Positions 29,796 to 39,051 of a DNA stretch of 64,000 bases are shown piece by piece; positions within the stretch are counted from its first letter, which is position 1; the number at the start of each line of letters is the position of its first letter. Below the pieces are notes generated by a model. It was not told the DNA's origin, ran no database searches, and was given only the letters and a program-made list of their open reading frames with translations. This DNA comes from Desulforhopalus sp. (GTDB taxonomy: Bacteria > Desulfobacterota > Desulfobulbia > Desulfobulbales > Desulfocapsaceae): NCBI GenBank assembly GCA_023231425.1, contig JALNVI010000004.1:5142-69141 (forward strand), read 5' to 3'. The position numbers were made by a program, and so were the translations under genes.

Positions 29796-31079
29796 ATGAA
29801 CTCACCCCATGAAGCCATGTGGCAGAAACTCGGCCTTAATCTCGATTCACACAATGCCCTGCTGCAAGTTCTTGGTGGAGCTTACAACGACATTTATCTC
29901 AACCAGAAAAATCGCCCGAAGGGGATGGAATATTTCGATTTTGTTCTCAGCGAGATTCACGGCCAGCGGATTCAGGAACTTCTTGATGAACAGGCTGCCG
30001 GTCGGAAAATAATCGGTTCCTACTGCGTTTTCGTCCCGGAAGAGATCTGCCTGGCAGGCAACGCCAGCCTTGTCGGCCTCTGCTCCGGTGCAGACTTTGC
30101 CATGGAAGAGGTGGAAAAGCTGCTGCCCCGCAACACCTGTGCACTGATTAAATCAACCTTCGGTTTTCGCCTCGGCGAGGTCTGCCCCTACCTGGAAAGC
30201 GCAGACATGATCGTAGGTGAAAACACCTGTGACGGGAAGAAAAAGGCCTATGAGACCCTTGGCACTATTCTGCCGAAAAAAAATCTCTATGTCATGGACA
30301 TTCCCCAGATGAAAAGCGTTGAGGGACGCGCTCTGCTGCGCGGGGAGTATCTCCGTTTCATGAAGGCAGTTGAAAAACTGACCGGCGTCACCATTACGGT
30401 AGAATCCCTGCGGGAGGGAATCCGCACCGTCAATACCAAGCGGGCAGCCATGCACCGCCTGCTGAAACTGCGCGCCGCCGATCCGGCACCGATCTCCGGT
30501 CTCGACGCACTGCTCGCCAATCAGGTATTTCCTTCCGATAATCCAGCACGTTTCACCGATTCCATAAACAAACTCTGTGATGAGCTGGAGAAACGAATTG
30601 AAGCCAAAGAGGGTGCCTTCCCCGCGAAGACCCCGCGTATCCTTATCTCCGGCTGCCCAATGGCAGTTCCGAACTGGAAACTGCCCGCAGTAGTAGAGAG
30701 CTCGGGAGCAGTGATTGTCGGGGAAGAGAGCTGCGTCGGAGAACGCAGCACCCGCAACCAGATTGATGATTCAGGAACAACCATCGACGCACTTATAGAC
30801 GCCATCACCGACCGTTATTTCAAGGTGGACTGTGCCGTTTTCACCCCCAACAATGACCGCCTGCAACATATCAAAGAGATGGTAAAAGCCTATAACGCGG
30901 ATGGTGTAATCCACTACGGATTGCAGTTCTGTCAGCCCTACTTGATGGAATCCATTCCGGTGGAGAGAGCGCTTGAGGATGCTGAAATTCCCTGTCTGCG
31001 GGTAGAAACCGATTACAGCATGGAGGATATGGGCCAGCTCAAGACCCGGGTTGAAGCATTTATCGAGCAACTGCGATGA
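29796..31079 (+). CDS. 2-hydroxyacyl-CoA dehydratase family protein (HgdB/D-like; double-cubane-cluster-type reductase candidate)
   Basis: 427-aa ORF of the BcrC/BadD/HgdB family by length and conserved Cys pattern (CVFVPEE, CDGKKK, GCPM, ESCVGER); ATGA-coupled to an HgdC-type activase. Confidence 0.75.
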   Translation: MNSPHEAMWQKLGLNLDSHNALLQVLGGAYNDIYLNQKNRPKGMEYFDFVLSEIHGQRIQELLDEQAAGRKIIGSYCVFVPEEICLAGNASLVGLCSGADFAMEEVEKLLPRNTCALIKSTFGFRLGEVCPYLESADMIVGENTCDGKKKAYETLGTILPKKNLYVMDIPQMKSVEGRALLRGEYLRFMKAVEKLTGVTITVESLREGIRTVNTKRAAMHRLLKLRAADPAPISGLDALLANQVFPSDNPARFTDSINKLCDELEKRIEAKEGAFPAKTPRILISGCPMAVPNWKLPAVVESSGAVIVGEESCVGERSTRNQIDDSGTTIDALIDAITDRYFKVDCAVFTPNNDRLQHIKEMVKAYNADGVIHYGLQFCQPYLMESIPVERALEDAEIPCLRVETDYSMEDMGQLKTRVEAFIEQLR

Positions 31080-31846
31080 GCAGCGAAAGATTTGCGGGAA
31101 TCGACATCGGTTCCCGCAGCATAGAGTTTGTGGTGGTGGACGAGAACGGTGTCGTCCTCTGCAGTGAGCAGCGTGACACCGGCTTTGATCCGGTCCGTGA
31201 GGCCCGGGAGCTGGTTGCACAGCACCCCCATGATCTGCTGATGGCCACCGGCTATGGCCGCAGTCTCTGCGAGGTTGAATTCGACTGCCCCACCGTCACC
31301 GAGATCAAGGCCCACGCAAAAGGGGCTCACGCCAGTATTTCAGGGGCCTCTGCCATCCTCGATATCGGCGGCCAGGACAGCAAGGCCATCGCCCTCTATG
31401 CTGGCAGCGGCAAGGTAAAGAAATTTGAGATGAATGACCGCTGTGCGGCGGGAACCGGCAAGTTTCTGGAAATCATGGCCACAAACCTCGGTTTTCCGCT
31501 GGAGACATTCGGCGACGCAGCACTCGAGGCACAGGAAGAGATCAATATCTCCAGCATGTGTACAGTCTTCGCTGAATCAGAGGTAACCTCCCTCATTGCC
31601 CGCGGCGCCGACCGCAAAGCGATTGCCCGCGGACTGCACTACTCTGTAATCCGCCGTGCAGCAGGAATGATCAACCGCATCTCCGACAACGGCGATATTA
31701 TTTTCACCGGAGGGGTGGCAAAGAACCGCTGCATGACCACCCTGCTCGCCGAGCACCTGCAGCGCAGAGTGCTGATTCCAGAGGACCCGCAGGCAATCGG
31801 AGCACTCGGTGCCGCCCTGCTGGCAATGGAGTCAACTCAGGGATAA
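31076..31846 (+). CDS. acyl-CoA dehydratase activase (BcrA/BadF/HgdC ATPase)
   Basis: GIDIGSRSIEFVV, DIGGQDSK, NDRCAAGTGKFLE, FTGGVAKN motifs of the BcrAD_BadFG ASKHA ATPases. Confidence 0.85.
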   Translation: MSSERFAGIDIGSRSIEFVVVDENGVVLCSEQRDTGFDPVREARELVAQHPHDLLMATGYGRSLCEVEFDCPTVTEIKAHAKGAHASISGASAILDIGGQDSKAIALYAGSGKVKKFEMNDRCAAGTGKFLEIMATNLGFPLETFGDAALEAQEEINISSMCTVFAESEVTSLIARGADRKAIARGLHYSVIRRAAGMINRISDNGDIIFTGGVAKNRCMTTLLAEHLQRRVLIPEDPQAIGALGAALLAMESTQG

Positions 31847-31948
31847 ATCGAAAAATTTCTGTAAACATATTGACCTGTTGCCCATCTCAGCGGTAAGTTC
31901 CCTGTTGAGACCATATTGAGAAGTCAATCCGCAACAGAGAGGAATTTG

Positions 31949-32308
31949 ATGGGTAAGAAAACAACCAGAGCCGGAAAGAAGACAGCAAAGAAGGTTCCCG
32001 CAGAAAAGAACGAAATGGCAATGATCGGAGGAATCCTTGAGGGGAGCCCTGAGGCTATAGGCGTTGTTGTTATCCGCCTCGACTGTGGCTGCCGAAAAAT
32101 GGCCGCAGTAGATGAAAAAGGTGATCCCGCCTCGGGAATCATCATGTATCGCGACAATGCCGACGCCATTTGCGACAAGTGCAAGAAAGACGCTGGCGAC
32201 TACATGAGGGTGACGGAGTCTTTCATCCACTGGGTGGAACCAGCCCCCAATGAAGAGAAACAGAGCGCCATCCGTCTTAAAGTGCTGGGCGACGAGACAA
32301 AGAACTAA
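31949..32308 (+). CDS. small Lys-rich, Cys-containing protein, unknown function
   Basis: 119-aa ORF after AGAGAGGA RBS; basic N-terminus (GKKTTRAGKKTAKK) then CGC ... CDKC pattern (possible zinc ribbon); directly follows the activase gene. Confidence 0.5.
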   Translation: MGKKTTRAGKKTAKKVPAEKNEMAMIGGILEGSPEAIGVVVIRLDCGCRKMAAVDEKGDPASGIIMYRDNADAICDKCKKDAGDYMRVTESFIHWVEPAPNEEKQSAIRLKVLGDETKN

Positions 32309-32309
32309 A

Positions 32310-32372
32310 GGTACCTTGAATAATCTTGACTTACTGTCTGGCCCCTGTCAGGGACCAGACAGTAAGAGGTCC
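32310..32372 (+). repeat. family-1 terminus fused to a terminator hairpin
   Basis: ggtaccttgaataatcttg followed by cttactgtctggcccc/gggaccagacagtaag long stem and aggtcc; lies between convergent genes. Confidence 0.55.
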
Positions 32373-32391
32373 AACAACTCCACAGCGGATG

Positions 32392-33795
32392 TTACTTTAC
32401 ATCCCCGTCATCGCGCCAGGTGCGACACAGACCAACAAAATTCGGTGCCCACTCCAGCGTTCCAGTAGCGTGAATGTGTGTATAGAGCGCAAAAACATTC
32501 TTTTTCACCAGGCCGTCCCGGCCATTCCAGAAGCCCTTGCCGCGTTCCATCTTCACCGACAGCATATCATCATCCCCCCGCCACTCTTCAACCCGCGAAT
32601 AGCGGAACTCATGCCCTTTGACCCTGCTTCCCCGAGCATAAAAAGAGTTTTCCCGATCGGCGACAAAGATAGAGTAACCGTGGGCCTGTGGCTTCTTCGA
32701 CATGGAAAAACGCGCCGGGAAAACCCCTACCAGAGGGAACCTCTTTTCTCCCAGTTCAATCGACTCTCCGAGATAAATTAAGCCGCCGCATTCCGCGTAG
32801 ATGGGAAGTCCCCGTTCCGCAGCGGAAAGCACTGATTCGCGAAAACTCCGATTGGCCGCGAGTTCGGCAGCCCCAGTCTCTGGAAAGCCCCCACCGATAT
32901 AAAGACCGTCGAGATCATCCGGAAGCTGCGCATCCGACATGGCGGAGAGGGTTACCAAATCCGCCCCGGCAGACTCCAGGGCCTCAAGGTTGGCAGAATA
33001 GTAGAACTGAAAAGCAGCATCCTGCAGGATACCAATCTTCACCCTGCGCCCGGCAGAAACAGGAGAATGAAGTGGAGCCTCTCCGGCCCGGGGGACAGGA
33101 GCCATGAGCTGTTCAAGGAGATCGAGGTTCAAATTCTCTTCCACGAAAGCAGCAAGCCGCTCCACGGCCCCGTAACTGTCACGGTACTCCTGATGGGGCA
33201 GCATGCCGAGGTGACGCATGGGAAAGATATCGGTTTTCATGCGCGGAAGAACGCCTATCACCGGGATACCGGTATAGAGTTCCACCGCCTCAGTAATCAA
33301 ATTTTCCTGTCGTTTCGTGGCAATTTCATTCAGAACCACGCCGACAATATTCACCCGCTCATCAAACTTCTGGCAACCCAGCACCTGCGCCGCCACGGTA
33401 CGGGTAACCTTGGAACAGTTAACCACCAGCAGTACCGGAAGGTTCAGCGTAAGTGACAGATCTGCCGTTGAAAACCCGCCCCTCACATTTACACCATCGT
33501 ACAGGCCGCGATTCCCTTCAATTATCGCAAACTCCGCATCACGGAAGCAGCTGAAGAAACAGTTCTGCAACAATTTCTCTTCCACAAGAAAAGGATCAAG
33601 GTTATAGCAGCGGCGTCCGGCCGCGAGCTGCAACCAGCCAGCATCGATATAATCCGGCCCCTTTTTGTACGGCACCACCCCCCCACCTCGCTTGATGAGG
33701 GCCGCCGTCAAACCAACTGCAACCACACTCTTGCCTGAACCACCGGCAAGACCGGCAACCACAATTCCTCGTTTCGTTGATTTTGCTTCAGTCAT
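32392..33795 (-). CDS. cbiA: cobyrinate a,c-diamide synthase
   Basis: 467-aa ORF; N-terminal GLAGGSGKSVVAVGL P-loop, KKGPDYID, C-terminal glutamine amidotransferase domain with YAECGGLIYL. Confidence 0.85.
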   Translation of the reverse strand: MTEAKSTKRGIVVAGLAGGSGKSVVAVGLTAALIKRGGGVVPYKKGPDYIDAGWLQLAAGRRCYNLDPFLVEEKLLQNCFFSCFRDAEFAIIEGNRGLYDGVNVRGGFSTADLSLTLNLPVLLVVNCSKVTRTVAAQVLGCQKFDERVNIVGVVLNEIATKRQENLITEAVELYTGIPVIGVLPRMKTDIFPMRHLGMLPHQEYRDSYGAVERLAAFVEENLNLDLLEQLMAPVPRAGEAPLHSPVSAGRRVKIGILQDAAFQFYYSANLEALESAGADLVTLSAMSDAQLPDDLDGLYIGGGFPETGAAELAANRSFRESVLSAAERGLPIYAECGGLIYLGESIELGEKRFPLVGVFPARFSMSKKPQAHGYSIFVADRENSFYARGSRVKGHEFRYSRVEEWRGDDDMLSVKMERGKGFWNGRDGLVKKNVFALYTHIHATGTLEWAPNFVGLCRTWRDDGDVK

Positions 33796-34472
33796 TATTC
33801 GTAATGTTTTGATTTATCGAAAATATTCCATGCCTCTGCATAGAGTGAAAGGAGTCGGGATTCGAGCTCCAGCCGCCACACCTCCAAATCATCCCCCTTG
33901 ACATCCGGGGGAACCACCAGCGGTTCACCAAAGAAGAACTCCACCCTCGAAAACGGCAGGGGAAAAGCCATCCTGTCCCAGGAATGGATGGTAAAATATC
34001 GCGATGCCGACCACACAATGGGGACAATCGGGTCACCGGAACGTGCCGACAGCAGCAGGACTCCCGGCTGTACCTCCAGAGCCGGGCCCCGGGAACCGTC
34101 TGCCACGAGGGCACAGCTTCTCCCTTTTTTCACCGCCTTCAGCAGCCCTTTCAGCGCAGCCACGCCTTTTTGGTGGCTGGAACCGCGGGCAATATCATAG
34201 CCGAGTTCGCTCGCCAGCCGGGCAAGGTATTCTCCATCGCGACTGGCACTGACCATGGCCGTTGCCCGGTAGTGACGCATCTGATACAAGACAAAGAGTA
34301 TGGAATAATGCCAGAAGGAGGCAAGTTGCGGCCTGCTCTCCTCTTCCCCCGGCTGGACGAAGTTCTCCGGTCTGTGCAACCGCACCCGACAGGTGGCAAA
34401 CCATACCCTCATCAAAATCGCCACCAGTTTCGGCAGCAGCCACAACAGTATCTTTTCCTTTCGCTCACTCAC
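33795..34472 (-). CDS. DUF374 / lysophospholipid acyltransferase-family protein
   Basis: 225-aa ORF, FWHYSI..., [20 protein letters not shown] pattern typical of DUF374; GTG start overlapping the uvrB stop. Confidence 0.7.
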   Translation of the reverse strand: MSERKEKILLWLLPKLVAILMRVWFATCRVRLHRPENFVQPGEEESRPQLASFWHYSILFVLYQMRHYRATAMVSASRDGEYLARLASELGYDIARGSSHQKGVAALKGLLKAVKKGRSCALVADGSRGPALEVQPGVLLLSARSGDPIVPIVWSASRYFTIHSWDRMAFPLPFSRVEFFFGEPLVVPPDVKGDDLEVWRLELESRLLSLYAEAWNIFDKSKHYE

Positions 34473-36511
34473 CCCAGTTCTATCTCCAGCATGCGCATTT
34501 TTTTTATAATGTCCCGCAGTTCAGCAGCCCGCTCGAAGGCAAGCTCTTTTGCCGCAGCCTGCATCTCCTCTTCGAGTTTAGAAATCTCCTGATTCAACTC
34601 TTGCAGCGAAGAAAACTCGGGCATCTCTTCCGCCACCGCGAGCAACTCGCCGTCGTGGTCTGTCTGCTGGTAAAAGGTTTCACCCTTTTCTTCAGCTCCC
34701 GAACTCTCCAGCAGCTCGCGCACGGTATTCTTCACGGAAGAGACCACCGTCTTCGGTACAATACCATGCGCTCTATTAAAGTCCATCTGCAGAACCCGCC
34801 GCCGATCTGTCTCCTCAATGGTATATTTCATGGAGCCGGTAACCACATCGGCATACATGATGACAAGGCCATCGACATTCCGTGAGGCACGACCACAGGT
34901 CTGAATCAGGGAACGCTCCGAGCGGAGGAAGCCCTCCTTATCGGCATCAAGGATGGCAACAAGAGATACTTCCGGAATATCAAGTCCCTCGCGTAACAAA
35001 TTTATCCCGACGAGAACATCGTATACACCGTTACGCAGGTCTCGGATCAACTCAATACGCGCCAGCGTCTTCACATCGGAGTGGAGATAACGAACCCGCA
35101 CCCCGAGATTGTCATAATAATCCGTCAGATCCTCCGCCATGCGCTTGGTAAGGGTTGTGACCAGCACAGCCTCGCCACGCCCGGCGCGCTGCCGCACCTC
35201 TTCCAGGAGGTCATCCACCTGATTTTTGGCGGGACGAACTTCAATACGCGGGTCGAGAAGCCCAGTGGGACGGATAAGCTGCTCAACCACCCGTCCTTCC
35301 GCCTGCTCCATCTCATAATTCCCCGGAGTGGCTGAGACGTAGACAATCTGGTTGATTCGGTCAACAAATTCATCGAAACGCAGCGGTCGATTATCAAGCG
35401 CCGATGGCAGGCGGAATCCATAGTCCACGAGGGTCTGTTTACGGGAGCGGTCACCGTTATACATGCCATTGAGCTGACCGATACCGATATGGCTCTCATC
35501 GATGAAAATCAGATAGTCCTCGGGAAAATAATCGAGCAGGTTTGGGGGTGGCGCCCCTTCCGGTTTGCCAGTGAGATGACGGCTGTAGTTCTCAATACCA
35601 TTACAATAGCCCAACTCCTGAATCATCTCCAGATCAAACATGGTGCGCTGTTCAAGCCGCTGCTCCTCCACAAGGCGGTTATTCTCATGAAAAAAGGTCA
35701 GTCGCGAGGCCAGCTCCTCCTTGATCGTTCCGGTGGCCCGCTGCAGTGAATCCTTCGAGGTTACAAAGTGACTGCCGGGGAAGAGCGTATACCCCGGGAG
35801 ACGTTCCAGAACCTTGCCCCGCAACGGGTCAATGACAGAGATCTCCTCCACCGTATCGCCAAAGAACTCCAGGCGGATGGCACGATCCTCTTCATGAACC
35901 GGGAAGATGTCCACCACGTCACCGCGGACCCGGAAGGTCCCGCGGTGGAAAGAAAAATCATTGCGCTCATACTGCAGCCGAACAAGCTGCCGCTCCACCT
36001 CTTCAAGCGGATACTCCGCGCCACTGCGCAGCAGGAGGTGCATATTTTTATACTCGTCCGGGGAACCGAGGCCGTAGATACAGGACACCGAGGCGACAAT
36101 CAGCACATCGCGCCGGGTAAGCAGTGAACGGGTGGCGGAGTGACGCATCTTGTCGATGGCATCGTTAATAGCCGAATCCTTTTCGATATAACTGTCCGAA
36201 GCGGGCACATAAGCCTCGGGCTGAAAATAGTCGTAATAGGAAACAAAATACTCCACAGCATTGTGAGGAAAAAGCTCACGAAACTCGCTGTAAAGCTGAG
36301 CTGCAAGTGTCTTGTTGGGAGCAATCACCAGAGTCGGGCGCTGCATCTCCTGCACCACGCTGGCCATGGTGAAAGTTTTGCCCGACCCCGTAACCCCTAG
36401 CAACACCTGACTGCGAATATTGCTTTTAATACCATCGGAGAGCAATTTTATCGCCTGAGGCTGATCTCCGGCAGGGGTGAATGTCGACACAAGTTCAAAT
36501 GGGATATCCAT
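34469..36511 (-). CDS. uvrB: excinuclease ABC subunit B
   Basis: [10 protein letters not shown] Walker A, DESH box, beta-hairpin region, C-terminal UVR domain ([15 protein letters not shown]); start set to ATG 36511 (MDIPFELVS). Confidence 0.97.
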   Translation of the reverse strand: MDIPFELVSTFTPAGDQPQAIKLLSDGIKSNIRSQVLLGVTGSGKTFTMASVVQEMQRPTLVIAPNKTLAAQLYSEFRELFPHNAVEYFVSYYDYFQPEAYVPASDSYIEKDSAINDAIDKMRHSATRSLLTRRDVLIVASVSCIYGLGSPDEYKNMHLLLRSGAEYPLEEVERQLVRLQYERNDFSFHRGTFRVRGDVVDIFPVHEEDRAIRLEFFGDTVEEISVIDPLRGKVLERLPGYTLFPGSHFVTSKDSLQRATGTIKEELASRLTFFHENNRLVEEQRLEQRTMFDLEMIQELGYCNGIENYSRHLTGKPEGAPPPNLLDYFPEDYLIFIDESHIGIGQLNGMYNGDRSRKQTLVDYGFRLPSALDNRPLRFDEFVDRINQIVYVSATPGNYEMEQAEGRVVEQLIRPTGLLDPRIEVRPAKNQVDDLLEEVRQRAGRGEAVLVTTLTKRMAEDLTDYYDNLGVRVRYLHSDVKTLARIELIRDLRNGVYDVLVGINLLREGLDIPEVSLVAILDADKEGFLRSERSLIQTCGRASRNVDGLVIMYADVVTGSMKYTIEETDRRRVLQMDFNRAHGIVPKTVVSSVKNTVRELLESSGAEEKGETFYQQTDHDGELLAVAEEMPEFSSLQELNQEISKLEEEMQAAAKELAFERAAELRDIIKKMRMLEIELG

Positions 36512-36516
36512 ACGTC

Positions 36517-36780
36517 TCAACCTATTCCGAGAATTTCCTCTTCTGTACACTCCCCGCTCAGATGCATTTTTTCCGGGATATCCCATGAGATACAGTCCCG
36601 GGGGCAATTCTTGATCGCTTCATCCACCTGCACCAGCGGATATTCCGCCAGTTCGCGCACCACTATTCGACCACTGTTCTCGTCAAAATAAAAGACATCC
36701 GGCTCTACTGCCACACATCCCTGGCAAAGGCTGCAGTCAGCGCTGTCAATTACTGGAAATCGTTTCACTGTTTTTTCCAT
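36517..36780 (-). CDS. small ferredoxin (single [4Fe-4S]/[3Fe-4S] type)
   Basis: CSLCQGC ... CPRDC cluster-ligand spacing; GGGAGA RBS before ATG 36780. Confidence 0.65.
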   Translation of the reverse strand: MEKTVKRFPVIDSADCSLCQGCVAVEPDVFYFDENSGRIVVRELAEYPLVQVDEAIKNCPRDCISWDIPEKMHLSGECTEEEILGIG

Positions 36781-37002
36781 TATTTTCTCCCTGTCATAAA
36801 GCATTTTTACTTCTCGCAACAGTCAGATAAGGGTAATCACTTCCGCCGGAATTCACAGTCTTTTTCTCGCCAGCAGTCTCCCGCCGTTGCCGTGCTTTGT
36901 CAGTATGGTTATGGTAATATTCCTGCTGATAAAATGTATATTCGTCGTAATTGAGGTCTCCGGGCATCCGGAACCACCGCTATCTCGAGGGGGGGACAAG
37001 GT

Positions 37003-37269
37003 ATGGCAGTTGGGTGGGCGCAGGATGGTGCCGTTCAGGAACAGATTGACGCCAGCGTAGCAGACGCGGTGAAACGTGTGCGTGAACAGATGCCAGGTGG
37101 TAAGAGTCTCACCCATTGCGAGGAATGCGATGAGCCAATTCCCGAGGCACGCCGCAAAGCAATATCGGGGGTTCGTCTTTGCATCGCCTGCCAGCAGGAA
37201 GCGGAGAAAGAGCGTGCATCCACTTCTCTTTACAACCGTCGCGGCAGCAAGGACAGCCAGTTAAAATGA
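37003..37269 (+). CDS. TraR/DksA-family C4 zinc-finger protein
   Basis: 88-aa ORF with CEECDEPIPEARR...CIAC four-Cys zinc finger typical of TraR/DksA. Confidence 0.75.
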   Translation: MAVGWAQDGAVQEQIDASVADAVKRVREQMPGGKSLTHCEECDEPIPEARRKAISGVRLCIACQQEAEKERASTSLYNRRGSKDSQLK

Positions 37270-37387
37270 TCTTCGTCTGCTGCCCTGGAATAAAGCAGCC
37301 TGACAGCTCGAACGAACCGCAAACCGGTTGCCAAAAAAGGCACAACCTATTAAAAAATAAAAGGTGCAACCAGTTAAAATAATGAAA

Positions 37388-37419
37388 GGTTTTTGTCCGT
37401 AGAATTACGGATAAAAACC
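37388..37419. promoter_or_regulatory. 14-bp inverted repeat upstream of fprA (operator or 5-prime hairpin candidate)
   Basis: ggtttttgtccgta-gaat-tacggataaaaacc (one mismatch), 32 nt before the fprA ATG, next to TAAAAT. Confidence 0.35.
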
Positions 37420-37450
37420 ATAAAATATTCCCATAAACGAAGGTGACTTC

Positions 37451-38650
37451 ATGGCTGTTCAAGAAATTGCAAAAGGAATCTACTCTGTCGGTGCGCTCGA
37501 CTGGGACATACGCGACATGCACGGTTATTCCACCAATCGCGGGACCACTTACAACGCCTACCTTATCATCGATAAAAAGATCACTCTTCTCGATACCGTA
37601 AAGCACTATTGCATGGACCAGCTCCTCGAAAATATTCGTCAAATCATTGATCCGGCGAAGATCGACTATATTGTCGCCAACCATGTGGAAATGGACCACA
37701 GTGGCGGACTGGTGCAGATGATGGAACTCTGCAAACCGGAAAAACTGATCTGTTCCCCCATGGGCAAAAAAGCACTGCTCGACCACTTTCACCAGGAAGA
37801 CTGGCCCTATGAGGTAGTAAAATCCGGCAGCGAAATTTCTCTCGGAAAACGGACCCTGCAATTCCTTGAAACCCGCATGCTTCACTGGCCCGATTCCATG
37901 TTCAGCTATCTTAAAGAAGAAGGCATCCTCTTCTCCAACGACGCCTTTGCAGAACATCTCTGCACCAGCGAACGCTATGATGACGAGATAGACATGAGCA
38001 TCCTCATGCAGGAGTGCGCCAAATACTACGCAAATATTCTCTACCCCTACTCCGGGCTGGTGAAAAAAGTAATAGACACCGTGGACGAAATGAATCTTGA
38101 TATCAAGATGATCGCTCCGGACCACGGTGTCATCTGGAGAAAACATATCGACACGATCTTCGAGGCCTACCGGCAGTGGAGTCGCGGTACCGCCAGCAAA
38201 AAGGTTCTGGTCATCTACGAAACGATGTGGGAATCCACCCGCAAGATGGCATTTGCAGTGGAAAAAGGGCTGCTTGAAAATGATGTCTCGGTGAAGATGA
38301 TCAACCTGAAAACCATGCACTACAGCGACGTTATTGCTGAAGTGCTTGATGCACGGGCTATCCTCCTCGGCTCCTCTACCCTCAACAACGGCATGCTGCC
38401 GGCAATGAACACTTTCATCTACTATATGAAAGGACTGAAGCCGTTTAATAAACTTACTGCCAGTTTTGGTTCCTTCGGCTGGAGCGGCGAGGCTGTGGGA
38501 TTAATGAATGAAATCCTCGAAGGTCTCAAACTGGAACTCGTTGACAGCGGTATCAAGCACAAATATGTGCCAACCGAAGAAGCCCTTGAGGCCTGCACAG
38601 AGATGGGACGTCGCGTCGGTGCAAAAGTCGCGGGTGAGTTCACTGCCTGA
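37451..38650 (+). CDS. fprA: flavodiiron protein (FprA / rubredoxin:oxygen oxidoreductase type)
   Basis: 399-aa ORF; MBL-like domain with HVEMDHSGG diiron motif followed by a flavodoxin-like domain (VLVIYETMWESTRKMA). Confidence 0.9.
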   Translation: MAVQEIAKGIYSVGALDWDIRDMHGYSTNRGTTYNAYLIIDKKITLLDTVKHYCMDQLLENIRQIIDPAKIDYIVANHVEMDHSGGLVQMMELCKPEKLICSPMGKKALLDHFHQEDWPYEVVKSGSEISLGKRTLQFLETRMLHWPDSMFSYLKEEGILFSNDAFAEHLCTSERYDDEIDMSILMQECAKYYANILYPYSGLVKKVIDTVDEMNLDIKMIAPDHGVIWRKHIDTIFEAYRQWSRGTASKKVLVIYETMWESTRKMAFAVEKGLLENDVSVKMINLKTMHYSDVIAEVLDARAILLGSSTLNNGMLPAMNTFIYYMKGLKPFNKLTASFGSFGWSGEAVGLMNEILEGLKLELVDSGIKHKYVPTEEALEACTEMGRRVGAKVAGEFTA

Positions 38651-38706
38651 GCAGGATGAGTGGCACCTGCTGCTGCGGGCGTCACTCACAAAAATCGGTG
38701 ACATAC

Positions 38707-38864
38707 GGGTACCTTGAAACAGCTTGTATTTCGTTCATATTCGAGGCACAGGAGAAAATTTACCACAGCCATAGTTTGATATCGGAGTCTGGCGCTTACC
38801 TCCGAGGAAAATTTTTTGACTGTAACGAAGAAGATGGGCGAAAGACTGAGTATTCAAGGTATCC
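38707..38864 (+). mobile_element. family-1 MITE-like element, one degenerate 18-bp unit
   Basis: gggtaccttgaaacagcttgtatttcgttcatattcgaggcacaggagaaaatttacc ... gatgggcgaaagactgagtattcaaggtatcc. Confidence 0.8.
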
Positions 38865-39051
38865 TTTAAAGGAGAGGCTTCTTTTCAGGCATGGCCTCTC
38901 GCGGCACCAAAGGGTCGCGGCTTTTTGGCAGCACCCCCTGAGACATCAGGGGACCCTGAATTTTGAAACACAGGTAAAGGCAAATACCGCAAAAGCGCTG
39001 GAAGCTTTTGCTCCCAGACTATCATTTTTTCACCTCTCGGAGGCACGGGAT

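Noticed and set aside
37109-38320. 403-aa minus-strand ORF
   Set aside because: It is a shadow ORF antisense to fprA and the TraR-like gene.
38656-39051. 132-codon N-terminal extension of the rhodanese-MBL ORF
   Set aside because: It reads through the family-1 element at 38707-38864. The homologous domain begins at ATG 39052.
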